The position numbers and the translations under genes were made by a program. A DNA stretch of 64,000 nt from NCBI GenBank assembly GCA_951406725.2, contig OX597819.1, positions 61,318,001 to 61,382,000 on the forward strand. The letters run 5' to 3'. The first letter of the stretch is position 1. Each line of letters opens with the position of its first letter. A model generated the notes under the pieces. The model had not been told where the DNA came from. It was given only the letters and a program-made list of their open reading frames with translations, and searched no databases. This DNA is from Octopus vulgaris. Lineage: Eukaryota. Positions 13,835-27,654 of this stretch are shown piece after piece.

Positions 13835-14332
13835 AGGCGGCGAGCTGGCAGAATCGTTAGCACGCCGGGCGAAATGCTTAGCAGGATTTCGTCTGCCGCT
13901 ACGTTCTGAGTTCAAATTCCGCCGAGGTCGACTTTGCCTTTCATCCTTTCGGGATCGATTAAATAAGTACCAGTTACGCACTGGGGTCGATGTAATCAAC
14001 TTAATCCGTTTGTCTGTCCTTGTTTGTTCTCTCCTTGTGGATAGTAAAGAAACAGGTATTTCGTCTGCCGTTACGTTCTGAATTCAAATTCCACCGAAGT
14101 CGACTTTGCCTTTCATCCTTTCGGGGTCGATAAATAAAGTACCAGTTACGCACTGGGGTCGATATAATCGACTTAATCTCTTTGTCTGTCCTTGTTTGTC
14201 CTTTCTGTGTTTAGCCCCTTGTAGGTAGTAAAGAAATGGGGTCGATAAATTAAGTACCAGTTACGTACTGGGGTCGAACTAATCGACTGGCTCGCTTCCC
14301 CCAAAATTTCAGGCCGTGTGCCTAGAGTAGAA
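13835..14332 (+). mobile_element. SINE family A with internal head-to-tail repeats
   Basis: Head ggcggcgagctggcagaatcgttagc, then the body repeated through the aagaaacaggtatttcgtc junction at ~14050. Confidence 0.9.
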
Positions 14333-16255
14333 TATTTTATTTTAAAAATTTGATAAACTGCTTGTTAGCTTCAATCATAATAGCAACAGCAGTAACAATA
14401 AAGACGGCAAGTATAAATCAGAATATAAAATAAATATCAAACGGTTGATACGCATTATATCCAAAGCTCAGAGTATGTGCCTCAGTTTCATCGAAGCCAT
14501 ATGCTAAAGGTAGAGGTACGAATAATAAAGTTTGTACGAAATCATATACTAAAGGCTGGATCAGGCGGTAATGGAAATTAAACCAGCAAAAGTATATTTG
14601 CTTTAGCTATCAGCATACAGCAACACCATGAAAAGAACACGAACCCTCAGTTTCACAACTAAGACGGTGGAGGACACTACCGATTGAACCAATTGTAATT
14701 CTGAACCGTCGCCTGATTGTCTGCTTATTTATTTTTAATGTTGGTTAGTTATTGATTTTTAAATGCTCAAAGACGAAAAGAAAATCTCTCTATATTTACA
14801 TTTAGATGCATGTAACATCGTTATCAATGTACCCCCAATATACCACAGTCATAGTCATCATAATGTATTGTTGAAGAGAAACAAGGACAAGAAAATTAAG
14901 AATAATATAAAACAACAACAGCAGCAGCAGCAGCAGCTGCAGCATAAATTTGAGAGTACGGATGTTGAAAAGCATCTTTCGTGTTTAAAGTTAGCAATAC
15001 TGGAGCAGTATTACTTTCTTTGTGGTCATCAATAATCGAACGATGCCTTTATAGCGTGATCAATATTCTGTAGCCATGTCTAAAGTAGTCTTTATCAGCT
15101 CTAGTCCAGACGTATGCACGCCATCAATCATAATCGGTACCGTACTAAAGACGTCAGAAATATCTCTGGCTTGGGTTTTAATCTAGGCTACCGGACTAAA
15201 CCTACGCCTCATCTCTTTAGGGAAGAAGTAGGACACAGCAGTGGGCGGTAACATATTTAATGCCACAATAAACTAGAATATGGGGAGACACCCCCCACCG
15301 CCCAGATATTAAATTATGAAAATTAATTCAAAATAGAATACTGTTATGAAGTCTGTTTGATCTTTGGTAGTATGGTGACAACTCTGGACATGTTTCGGTC
15401 TTATTAAACTTCTTCAGCAAAACTGCGAGATCAATGGAAGGTCTTTTTGGTCTTTGGAAGAATGAAAGCAACACCGGACATATTCCGGTCCAGAAGTTAT
15501 CCTCAAACTGGAGAGCTGGCTTGAATGTCTGCAAAAGAGTAAGGTCTAAGAATCCACCCCCGTCCAGGTTCATGATGGCAGGATTTGAATGCGGAACGCA
15601 ATGAGATATCCGGATCGAACTTCTCAGTTACCTCCACTGATCGGTTTTCATTTTTCTTTGTTTTCTCCGATAAAATCGTCCATTAGCTGAGATATGGTAC
15701 ACACACACACACACATACACACACACTCGCGCACATACGCCGATCAGCTAGGCTACAAATCATTGTGGAAGTTTGAGAGAAAGCCCAAGACCTACCAAGT
15801 GGTATGTATGCGTGTGTGTGTGTGTGTGTGTGTGTGCGTGTGTGTGTGCGTGTATATGTGTGCAATGACCTTGAGCTAAACTGTATCAGCTCCAAATCCC
15901 GCTCAGTGAATCACATCTCTCTTCATACCCAAACAAAGGAATCTATACATGGTCGTTCAATCTGCTAAAAATCTGTTTGTTTTATTTTGTTTGTTTTTTT
16001 TTTTTAAATATCAATCTTTACTTACACTTATATCGAAAAACAAAAATAAGAAAACGGGGAAAAAAATCTATCAATCGTTGCCAGATTCAGGTAAGCGACC
16101 TAATTATCTAAGCTGTTTGTCAGCTTCAACTTCACTGTTTGATGATGATGGTGATGATGATGACGTTGATAGTTGGGGTCAGGGTCATGATGATAATGCT
16201 GATGATAATGTTTGCTTTGGTGGTATTGTTGTTGGTGGTGATGATGATGATAATG

Positions 16256-16295
<40 letters not shown>

Positions 16296-16427
16296 ATGCT
16301 GCTGCTGCTGCTACTATAATACTACTAATAATGGTGTTATTTCTGTGTATAATAGTAGGTTCGGTCGTTATTTTCCAGATTTCTCCTCCAATATCATATA
16401 TATATATATATACCTAGATATACATAC

Positions 16428-16531
<104 letters not shown>

Positions 16532-17562
16532 GTATATATATGTACGTATGTATGTATGTTATACATGCATAAGATAATAACCAATAACAACAGGGCAACG
16601 TACTTACTTCATGAGATCGACCATTTGCTAATATTGAATTTGATCTTCAAAGTCGCCTGCTTGAAAGAGAAATCTTTAAATATGAGGCGTTCGGATTAGA
16701 AAGGACAAATGTGAGTGGTGATGGTGCTGGTGGTGCTGGTGGAGGGGAGCACTTAGATGTTGTGTATTCCGCAGAAAACCTATGCATTATTTAGTCTGTT
16801 TATCTTCTTGTCTTTTATCTTTTACTTGTTCCAGTTGTTAGGCCGCGGCCATGCTGGTCCACCGCAAGGTGGGACTGGATCAAGAAGGTCTAACTTTGAA
16901 AGACCCGAAACCTCCTAAGACCCTAGAAGCATCACCGATGAAGTATCCCAGGACAAAACACAGTCGTGACAATATATCTTAGAACTACCTTTAAAACTAC
17001 GTTGTTACTCGTTTCCATTCTCTCTCTTAACAACTGATAAAACGCTTGCTAAGTTTTTTGGTACAGTCACTGTTGACCAAATGGATTGTAAAGATTTGAC
17101 AGCCAAAACATTAATGGTTTGTTCCTTATCTCCAACGTTTAATAATAAGTAAGTACGAGCAGCCGTATAGATCACCTCAGTACTGTAGTTAGTAAAAGGA
17201 ACTACATAATTGAAAGATGTTTCGTTTTAGTTCGGAACTTGAACCTTCCCATCGATCTCAGTGGTTATCACCCTTACAATAAATAACTAGCCACCAGAGA
17301 ACGCCACGTGTTTGAATTTTCATGTAAGTTCCTCCTAGAAGTACTACAACATGAAGCTGAAATATTAAGGGGTGCTTCAGCAACGCAGTTACTGAGAATA
17401 AACTATATAAAATTAAGTAGATTCTCCGAATCTCGTTAAGTTCTTAGATCAGGATGCCGAATTTTTTAGAGATCAGGATGCCGACTTTTCAAAACGAATG
17501 TCACTGTATCACCTCTAAAGATCTAATTTTTACAATTGCCTTAGCTTTAGCTCAATCTAGAG

Positions 17563-17722
17563 CAGTGCTCAGCAGCCTTTTTCCACTTGTATTCTTTTCA
17601 GAATTCAGCGGCACACCTGAACTAGAAGTATAGGGGAAAAATTATATTCAGGTTACTGCGGCACATCTAGCATTGTCTCGTGACACACCAGTGTGCTACG
17701 GCATACCAATTTCGGAGCATTG
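17563..17722. mobile_element. Old hAT (Charlie-like) MITE
   Basis: cagtgctc...gagcattg ends, gcggcacacc subterminal repeats, atctagag target on the left. Confidence 0.55.
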
Positions 17723-18324
17723 TCGTGTGGCAAGTGAAACCTGCAAATATTCATCGCTGCGTTAGAGTATATCCGTTCGGAAGTGCTAAAACGTCAGCTT
17801 TGCAAGATTCATTCGACATACATCAATTCTGTAGCTGATGTCGCTGCAACTACTTAAAACGGATAAACATTCGTCTAATTAACAAGTACACATTTACAAC
17901 CAACCAAATTAGGGTGTTGAATGTATTCGTGAGTGACAACCCACGCAGTGTCATGCGAAGCGTTTAACCCTTCTTCTGATAATTCCGGCAGAGATATCAA
18001 CTGTTTTCCGTGACCCATTTAAAACAAAGTGTTAATTACCTTAGTTATTCGGGTAGGAGAGCGAGGATGAGAAAGGGGTATGTTTGAAGGAAATACTGTT
18101 TTGAAATGGAAGTGGTTTCTAACGAAAATTTTAGACATTTTCTCAATTCGTATCTTAATCCTCTCAGTATGGAATTACCTCTGTTTGTGGAAATGGAAAA
18201 CATCTGTAATATACGTCAGTGTCTCCGGCATCATATTGTCGGGTTTTAGGATGCATTGTGTGAGTCTATCTATTTAAATGCCTATCTATTTGTCTGTCTG
18301 TCTCTCCGTCCATCCATCCATCCG

Positions 18325-18395
<71 letters not shown>

Positions 18396-19489
18396 GTTTG
18401 TTTGTCTGTATGTGTGTATATGCATAGATACACACACATATATATACATACACATACATGCATATATGTATAAATATATATGCATACACACACACACATC
18501 ATTATAGATATTACACACGCATAAATACATGAATATATCTGTGTGTGTATGTATCTGAATCTACGTACAGATACATACACATACATACATACGTATGCAT
18601 ATATATATATATATATGTATATGTGTGTGTGTGTGTACATACATGTATGCATACGTATATACATGTTTGTATCTATGCGTATACAGTATTCATCTCTCTA
18701 CGTATCTGTCTATTTACCTATCCGCATACACGCGCGCGCGCACACACACACGCACACGCGCGCGAATACACACACGCACGCACACACACACACACACTCA
18801 AACACACATATATGTATATCAAACCCAGAGAGAGAAGTGGGGAGTGAAATACATGGATAGATGTTTAAATAAATACATATTCTGATTGATTGATTTCCTA
18901 TCTACACCTATCGTACCTGGAATATCAATCAACCGAAATGCTTTCTCTTCGAGTGGTAAAGTTACATTAACCCCAAATTTCACTGACGTCCCGTGTAACA
19001 CCATAAACTGAAAACATTTCGTACGTTAAAATATTTCTAATTGACCAAGCGTGTAGTTGTACCTTCCTTTACGATGTGTGTGTATATATATGTGTTCGAA
19101 TGCGTGCGTGCAAGAACGTGTGTGGCCTATGTGTTTGCATGGAGAAGAAGATGAGAGAGAGAAAGAGAAGGAGAAAATTCGGGTATGTTTTAGTTGTTGG
19201 TGTTATCTAGCCCCTTCTTTCGTAATGTCGAAATGGTTTTACCAAACGTTGGATCTATTGTGGAAGAAGACACGGAGAATGGTTTAGTGTTTGCTTTTCT
19301 ATTCACTCCATTTCCAACTTGAACATTTTAACACGGGCACGATGTAGGTGAAGTTTTACTGTTAGTTGAGCAACGAACGTGAATACGAATTATGTTGCTG
19401 TTTCACCTTACCGAGAAATCTTCCTTCATCTTACAGTTCCCAATATCCATTTTGACTAAGCTTCCTGGGCTGTTAATAGTTTTGTAAAT

Positions 19490-19730
19490 TTAACGCTTGC
19501 AATGGCCGTACAATACAAGCGGTCGAAATGAGGCTCCTTCGAAGGATCTCTGGGGTAACATTACTCGACAGAGTGCGTTGCTCGTAAGAGGCCAGGGGAT
19601 CTCTCCAGATCAAGTCACTGCTTCGCCACATTCGCAGCTCACATCTCCAGTACTACGGAAATGGAAATGTGATTAGAACATCACAGGAAAGAATCGCAAG
19701 ACAGATTTTTCAAGCCGAACCAACAGGCAG
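19490..19730 (+). pseudogene. RTE (Rex3/Expander-like) LINE ORF fragment
   Basis: IQAVEMRLLRRISGVTLLDRVRCS...SLQIKSLLRHIRSSHLQYYG...RTSQERIARQIFQAEPTG. Confidence 0.8.
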
Positions 19731-19758
19731 TAAACACACACACACACACACACACACG

Positions 19759-19790
<32 letters not shown>

Positions 19791-19890
19791 CATACATACA
19801 TGCATATATATACATACATACATGCATATATATACATACATACATGCATATACATACATACTCACATACATACATACATACATACATACA

Positions 19891-19939
<49 letters not shown>

Positions 19940-19940
<1 letters not shown>

Positions 19941-20143
19941 AAGTTAATCCAAACAAGAAAACACAAAAAAACACAACAACGCGAGGACGTGGAACAAATA
20001 TAGTATTATTGGACGCTCAGGAAAGAAGGAGGGTTTAACGTTTCGAGCGGAGCTCTTCGTCGGAAACATAAGAGAAGGAAAGATCCAGAGAAGAGAAGAC
20101 AGAGGAAAAAAATCGCCAACGGTACACACGAGGTCACATTTTG
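19940..20143 (-). mobile_element. Penelope pLTR-like non-coding element with hammerhead; may extend to ~20600
   Basis: Near-identical inverted copy at 36721-36906; abuts (TA)n; contains an HHR. Confidence 0.75.
20033..20067 (-). ncRNA. Minimal type I hammerhead ribozyme motif
   Basis: RNA guuu CCGACGA a gagc ucc gcuc GAAAC GUU aaac: stem I guuu/aaac, stem II gagc/gcuc, palindromic ACGU stem III. Confidence 0.75.
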
Positions 20144-20626
20144 AAAGACCGGAAGGAAAAGGGTGAAGAAAGATGTTTTCAAAGACAGAAGAGTAGTATA
20201 GTCAAAGACAGCGGAATATTAGGAGGAGGAATGTGTGTGTAAGTGTGGATGTGTGCGTGCGCGGTGGCCTGCGTGTGCGTGTGTATGTGTGCAATGATGA
20301 CACGTGTGTGTGTGTGTGTGCGTGGTTGTAGCTGTAAACAACAGGCTAGTAGTAAGGCTGGCTAGTTTGTAAGAATAAGGAGTGGTGTTTTTGTCCCTGC
20401 CACAGCTCAGTATTTTGAAGTATGTGTGCGTGCGTGTATGTATATGTATCGTGTGTGTGTTTTGTCTGTAGTGTGTATGTGTGTGTTCGTGTGTGTATGC
20501 ATAGAGTTTGGGTGTGTGGCGAATAACTGTGCTTTACTTAGTGTATGTGTGCGTGTGTGCTTGTACGTGCGTGTGTGTATATATGTATGTATAATTGTGT
20601 GACGTATGTATGGATGTGCGTGCATG

Positions 20627-20700
<74 letters not shown>

Positions 20701-21054
20701 GTCTGAAATCCATCAAGAGAGTGCAATGATGGTTGCTTCTACTAGGACGCTATGGATGAGGTTCCTGGGGTCTCTATCCCCACGACCTTCCCTGGAATAA
20801 TAGGCAGATAAAATAAATGGATGGATGGGTGGGTAGATGGATGGATGGATAGTAGCCGCAATAGCAGAGGTAAAAAGGCCGAGTGGATAAAAGCTTTATT
20901 CAATGAGATATTCATTATAACCATTATAAAACGAAGCTTTTCGCTCATAGACGGTTCAACTGGATGTTGAGTCTTAGTTTTTCTCAATACGTTTCTGAAT
21001 TAATTCTTCATCAATGTAACTTTGAGAAGAATCAAACTTTTGCTTAAACTCTTT

Positions 21055-21420
21055 ACTATCTTTTAATTGTTTCAGTCATTAGACAGCGGCCATGCTGCAG
21101 CACCGTTTTGAAGAATTTTTAGTCGAATGAATCAAACCCAGTACCTATTTTTTCTTTCTTTTCAAATCCTGGCATTTATTCTCTCGATGTCTTTTGCCGA
21201 ACCGCTAAGTTGCGGAGATGTAAACACACCAACACTGGTTACCAAATGCACACGTTACGCGCTTACATATGTGTATACGACGAGCTTTTTACCGCTTTCC
21301 GTTCACTAAATCCATTCACAAGCTTTTAGTAGAAGACACTTGCCCAAGCCCCACGCAGTGTGACTAAACCCAGATCCATGTGGTTAGAAAGCAACCTTCT
21401 TACCACAGTCTCGCCCCGTG
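21055..21420 (-). mobile_element. SINE family B, diverged
   Basis: Family B body and tail. Confidence 0.8.
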
Positions 21421-21516
21421 CGTGTGAGAAGGCAACTCCATCAAATTTTGATATATAAATATTTTTCGATTATTTTCGAATATTTTTTGTTAACATATTG
21501 TGCTGCCGCTTGGAAA

Positions 21517-21710
21517 GCGGCGAGCTAGCAGAATCGCTAGCATGCAGGGCAAAATGCTTAAGTTGTATTTTGCCTGTCTTTACATTCAATGCCGCCGGGG
21601 TCGATTTTGCCTTTCATACTTTCGGGGTCGATAAATTAAGTACCAGTGAAACACTGGAGTCGATGTAATCGATTAGACCCCACCCCGATAATTTCAGGCC
21701 TTGTGCTTAT
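21517..21710 (+). mobile_element. SINE family A
   Basis: Head, core and tail. Confidence 0.8.
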
Positions 21711-21932
21711 TACTCTTTACTTTTTTACTTGTTTCAGTCATTTGACTGCGGCCATGCTGGAGCACCGCCTTTTAGTCGAGCAAGTCAACCCCAGGACTTA
21801 TTCTTTGTAAGCGTAGTACTTATTCTATCGGTCTCTTTTGCCGAACCGCTAAGTTGCGGTGACGTAAACACACCATCATCGGTTGTCAAGCGATGTTGGG
21901 CTGGGGTGGGGGGCAAACACAGACACACAAAT

Positions 21933-21970
<38 letters not shown>

Positions 21971-22138
21971 ATTTACGACGGGCTTCTTTCAGTTTCCGTC
22001 TACCAAATCCACCGACAAGGCTTTGGTCGGCCCGAGGCTATAGTAGAAGACACTTGCCCAAGATGCTACGCAGTGGGACTGAACCCGGAACCATGTGGTT
22101 GGTAAGCAAGCTACTTGCCACACAGCCACTCCTGCACC
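21711..22138 (-). mobile_element. SINE family B, full length
   Basis: High identity to the 12105, 29031 and 38812 copies. Confidence 0.9.
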
Positions 22139-22483
22139 TATTAGAAAAAAACTAATGATGTGCTGCCGCTTCCCTTCTTCAACTGTTTGAATACTCAGCA
22201 ACGTGAAACTTACAGTAATGATTCACGAGACATTAATGTCTAATATAACAAGGCTCTACCTTATGGAATGAGTACCTCATTTGAAAATCAAGCATTTACC
22301 ATTCTATAACATGTATGTGCGCGAGCGCGCGTTTAAACCTCTGAAAAAGGTATTAAAACAGATTGTGTACCGTCATTTAACTCTGTGTTGCGTTCAATAT
22401 CTTGTTGGCACGGGCATGCGCACACACATACATCCATAGATATCCATTTGCGTATATGTCTATACAATCACATATATTTATTT

Positions 22484-22516
<33 letters not shown>

Positions 22517-23415
22517 GTATCCATCCAGATACAATGCATGCATGTACATACAGACACACAAATACATGCATACATACATACGTATATTTAGGGAGAAATT
22601 TAATAGCCACTAAATAAGTGAATGATTGTGACACGATTTGATAAAAAAAAAGAAAAGAAAACCAGTTGACTTGATGTTATCAGTGATCGATCGAGTTTGC
22701 TAAAGAACCCCTAACATAAGTTGAAACTTCCATATTTTTTTTTTTTTAGACATCGACTGTCTATTGTATTGTGTAGGATTTATTTTCCATCAACAGATCG
22801 CATTGATAGGAACAATAGCAAACAACCAAAATGGATCACTTCTGGTCTCCCTAAAAAAATTTTTTTTTTTTTAAATGAAAGAAACTTTGACAGTTGACGG
22901 GAGGAAAAAATGGCAGGACAATTGAATGCTAAGTGAATAATGAAGTCATGAACCATTAGCCACGACCTGATAGCTTATCCAATATCTAAGTGAATCCTCG
23001 TTAGGAGATACTTACAGGTAAACTATTTGTCCTCAAGCATGAATAAAGAGTGGTAAGTCAAAACTAACATATTCAGAATGATCACTATAGAATATATCTT
23101 TACATTCTGGACAATTTGCAACGACAACCCAGTATATTTTGACACTGGTTGAAAACTATTAAGGTAAATTAACGATAGATAAAATACAAGAATTTCTGAA
23201 GTCTTATCTATATATGTTACCGATCCTTAATAATAGTACTTAACGGTTCTAAAATTGTGTTTTGGTTTTGTTTTCTGTGTTTTGCTGGTGTAATAGATAT
23301 GTTTGGTACAGAGTTCAAATATATCACTGTAACATAACTAGATCTTAGTTTATACGAACATTATTTTTCATAATAAGAGAATTAGTATCTGAGAAACAAT
23401 ATTTATGATAGATAT

Positions 23416-23717
23416 GTGGAGGCACAATGGTCCCATGGTTAGGGCAGCGGACTCGTGGACGGAGGATCACGGTTTCGATTCCCAGACCGGGCTTTGTGAG
23501 TGTTTATTGAGCGAAAACACCTAAAGCTCCACGATGCCCCGGCAGTGGGGGCGGGGCGAACCCTGTTGTACTCTTTCACCACAATTTTTTCTCACTCTTT
23601 CTTCCTGTTTCTGTTGTACCTGTATTTCACAGGGTCAGCCTTATCACACTCTGTGTCACACTGAACCTCCCCAAGAACTACGTTAAAGTTACACGTGTCT
23701 GTGGAGTGCTCAGCCAC
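23416..23717 (+). mobile_element. SINE family C (tRNA-derived head; possibly the octopus OR type)
   Basis: A-box tggtcccatggtt, B-box gtttcgattcc; shares its body with 9830-10048 and its head with 55851-56155. Confidence 0.8.
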
Positions 23718-24361
23718 CGCCACTATATAAGATAAATTTTAATTTTCTTAGAGATTTTACATGTTTCGGTTCTTCTTGAAAAAACGGACCTTATCAAAAA
23801 TATTTCTAAAAGTTAAGTGTAATAAAAAAGTTCATAATTGTTTCTTACTAGTCTCAAGAGAGTCCGCGTGGTGGCGTTTTTTTGGGGAGGGGGCGCATAA
23901 TGGCTGTCTTGTGCGTTGACTAGGTTTGTTGGCTGTAATCTTGAAAATGACCGTTGGCCGTAATACATACATACATACATACATACATACATACATACAT
24001 ACATACATACATACATACATACATACATACATACATACATACATACATACATACATACATAAGCAACCGTCCAATCGTATTACTTACGTATGGCGTGAAG
24101 CATTGCCAGAAAACAAGAATGTTCAAAACAAAATAATAACATTTATGATATAAGCGCCATCTTTATATACCTCTGCATTGGTTGCCGATAGGTAAGCCAG
24201 ATTAATCGACCTGTGTGCGTGTGGTGTGGTGTGTGTGTCTGTATGTGTGTGCTTGTGTGCATGTGTGTGCGCGCGTGTGTGTGTGTTCTGTTTCCACCCA
24301 CTATGCTATGGTGCGTAGTCATGGCGTCCTGATTCTGTACACTCCCTTCTGCAATATATTA

Positions 24362-24413
<52 letters not shown>

Positions 24414-24588
24414 CTCTGAGAGAAGCATCAACAGATGTCTGAGATATGGTAATTGATATTTGATAAAGTAGGGATTTAATTAAAATTTGGTTTTAAAAAA
24501 TGCAATGAATTTCCTATGTGCTGTGATACTTTTAAAGACAAAGGTCTACACACGCATACGCGTCTATACACACATACCTAAGTACGTG

Positions 24589-24622
<34 letters not shown>

Positions 24623-24716
24623 TATACATACATACATACATACATATATATATATACATACATATACATACACATGCATACATACATACACATGCATACA
24701 TACATACATACATGCA

Positions 24717-24783
<67 letters not shown>

Positions 24784-24954
24784 GTAGGTGTGTGTATATA
24801 TATCTATATATGTATTAATATAGGTGTGAATTAATGTACATATGTTTGTATGTAGGGGTATATGCATGTATATATATGTATATGTGTGCATGTGTGTTCG
24901 TGAATCTTTATCGATCTATATAGATGTACATGTACACCAGTATATACATATATA

Positions 24955-25516
24955 TTCGGTTGTCCGGAAAGTTCGTGCCGATTTATAGTAGCTTGTCTTT
25001 CGACTTATTTTAGAACATGGTTGAGTCCAAAAAATAGGCTTTGACTACACCTCCATTTAGAGCACAGTTTAAGCTACCTTTTCGTCGAAGAAGGTTTATG
25101 TTCCTATAACCTGTGTTAATTCTGTAACCCTTTAAAATAGAAGATAAGAAAGTTCATTGGCGGCACTAGATGCTCTGGGAACCAGGCAAAAATTGCTGCA
25201 GCTCGGCTGGAATGTGTTACCCCACCTTTCATATTCACCAGATATTGCTCCTTCGGATTTCCACTTATTCAGGTCTCTGCAGAATAGTCTTAATGGTAAA
25301 AATTTCAATTCCTTGAATGACGTAAAAATATACCTTGTTGAATTCTTTGCCATGTAACCACTTCAATTCTGAGAAGTGGGTATTTTCAAGTTAAAGGAAA
25401 GATGGAGACGCATTGTGCAACAAAATGGTTCATATCTGGTTGATTAAAAATGTAATGCCAAGTATTTATTGACCTTTTTCTTTCCTTTAAAAATCGGCTC
25501 GAACTTTCCGGACAAC

Positions 25517-25520
<4 letters not shown>
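24955..25520 (+). mobile_element. Internally deleted mariner element
   Basis: TIRs ttcggttgtccggaaagttcgtgccgattt / aaatcggctcgaactttccggacaacccaa, TA flanks; transposase C-terminus LGWNVLPHLSYSPDIAPSDFHLFRSLQN. Confidence 0.92.
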
Positions 25521-25566
<46 letters not shown>

Positions 25567-26489
25567 CATACATACATACATACATACATACATACATACA
25601 TACATACATAAACACATACGTTATGGGTGTACACGTGTCTGTATATATATGAGTCCACGTGTCTGTATATAAATCTGGGTACGGATGTGTTTGTGTTTGT
25701 TGCATATGCCCGTGTAAGAAGAAAACCCCACGAAAACCACAGTACGAAGCAAAGTTCTCGGGGCATAAAATCGATTGGAGATATTTATTTATTTACATAA
25801 TGACTCTTACAAGACTCGTCCTATTTCGTTCATTTTGAAACTCGTAAGAGAATATTAGAATAAAGAAAAAGGTTTGTGTAAATACATAAACGTACGATAA
25901 AATAGGGTTTGGATGAGAAGGAATAGAGCTTAATTGTAGTTAGCTAGCTGCTTGCTGATAGTTGAATTACAGGAGGTGAGATCTAATGAAGGTTATGGAG
26001 CAAAAGGTGTTGCATTAGTCGTGATGGATAGAGGGCAGTCTGATAATACTAAAGAACTGCTCATTCTTTTATCTGTATATTTTTCTACGTATCTACTTCC
26101 GCGTGTTTGTTAATTTGTTTAGATAAATATGTAAATAAAGTGGTTTTCTCAACGTGTCTAAAGTTGGTTTAACTCGTCATCTCTTTATATGCCGAGATCC
26201 AGCGAGTTAAACTTCTAGATTAATACATCTAGAATACAGCATCATACAATGTCACTTATTTCTGCGCTACCGCAAGTCTCCCATACTTATGTCAAAGTGA
26301 CTAGCAAGACCTGATTCCTTTTTTTTTTCTTGTTCCGGACAGATTTTTTGCCAAAACATATTGCTTTTCTAAAGATTTACTTAACCTTTGTAGCATTCAA
26401 AGCATCAGTAAAATCTACGACACTACGGACAACGAAGACTAGAATGCGACATTGATATATAGGATGAATCTAGTATCATGTTTTTCTTT

Positions 26490-26850
26490 TTTATCTTATA
26501 TCGTTTACTTTCAGTTATTTGGCTGCAGCCATTCTGGGGTACTACCTTGAAGCATTTTTGCCGGACGTATCGACCCCCAGTACTGATTTTAAAGTCTGGT
26601 GTTTATTCTATCGATCTCCTTTAATTTACAGGGACGTAAACACTCCAACACAGGATGTCAACGGTGACGCGGGACAAACGAAGACACACACACACACACA
26701 TGTATATATATACATATACAACAGGCTTCTTTCGGTTGCCGTCTACCAAATCCACTCACAAGGCTTAGGTCGACCCGAGGCTATAGATGAAGACGTTTGC
26801 CCAAGATGCCACGCAGTGGAACTGGACCCGAAATCTTGTGATTGGGGAGA
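26490..26850 (-). mobile_element. SINE family B, diverged
   Basis: Family B motifs. Confidence 0.75.
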
Positions 26851-27119
26851 AAACATATGTATATAACGTTGGCGCATTTTTAATATTGCTCTGAAGTTAA
26901 TTATGTTTTTTGCCCTGACTAATGCAGACTCAAATTAAATGGGTTAATTAAAGAAAATTTAGCGCTAATAATTTGTAATGATAACGTTGCATTAATAATT
27001 TAAGTCTTATGACAATCTGCTTAACTATTAATTAAAACATGAAATTTGCAGTTAGTAACATTTCGCTTTTCTTTTTCCTTATTTGCATACAACTTTAAGT
27101 ATGGCAATCGTCAATCTTT

Positions 27120-27133
27120 CATACATACATACA

Positions 27134-27164
<31 letters not shown>

Positions 27165-27234
27165 GTACACTCAACCTAAAAGCAATGGCCAATGTGTTTG
27201 TACATACGTATATCTATCTATCTATATCTATCTA

Positions 27235-27323
<89 letters not shown>

Positions 27324-27400
27324 GTGTGCGTATATATATATATATATATATATGTGCGTATATATATATATATGTGTGCGTATATATATATATGTGTACG

Positions 27401-27440
<40 letters not shown>

Positions 27441-27609
27441 CGTATATATATATATATATATATGTGTGTGCGTATATATATATATATATATATATATATG
27501 CGTATATATATATATATGTCTGTGCGTATATATATATATATATATGTGCGTATATATATATGTGTGCGTATATATAAATATGTGTGCGTATATATATATA
27601 TATGTGTGC

Positions 27610-27651
<42 letters not shown>
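27120..27651. repeat. (CATA)n / (TA)n(TG)n compound satellite with a tatgtgtgcg(ta)n higher-order unit
   Basis: Directly visible. Confidence 0.95.

Positions 27652-27654
<3 letters not shown>

Noticed and set aside
14050-14240. SINE A repeat unit as a circularised GT-AG intron (junction ag|gtattt)
   Set aside because: The G is ambiguous, other copies end aagaaataaata, and there is no polypyrimidine tract next to the AG
14763-15573. PolyQ ORF (14763) and ORF 15328-15573 as exons
   Set aside because: No recognisable domain or convincing splice signals
23416-23490. tRNA genes (also 27652, 42946, 56085-56155, 38064)
   Set aside because: A/B boxes are present but there is no complete cloverleaf or acceptor stem, and most continue into SINE bodies
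26381-26947. piggyBac MITE (ttaacc...gggttaa) around a SINE; similar small case at 17964-18034
   Set aside because: TIR match beyond TTAACC is too weak
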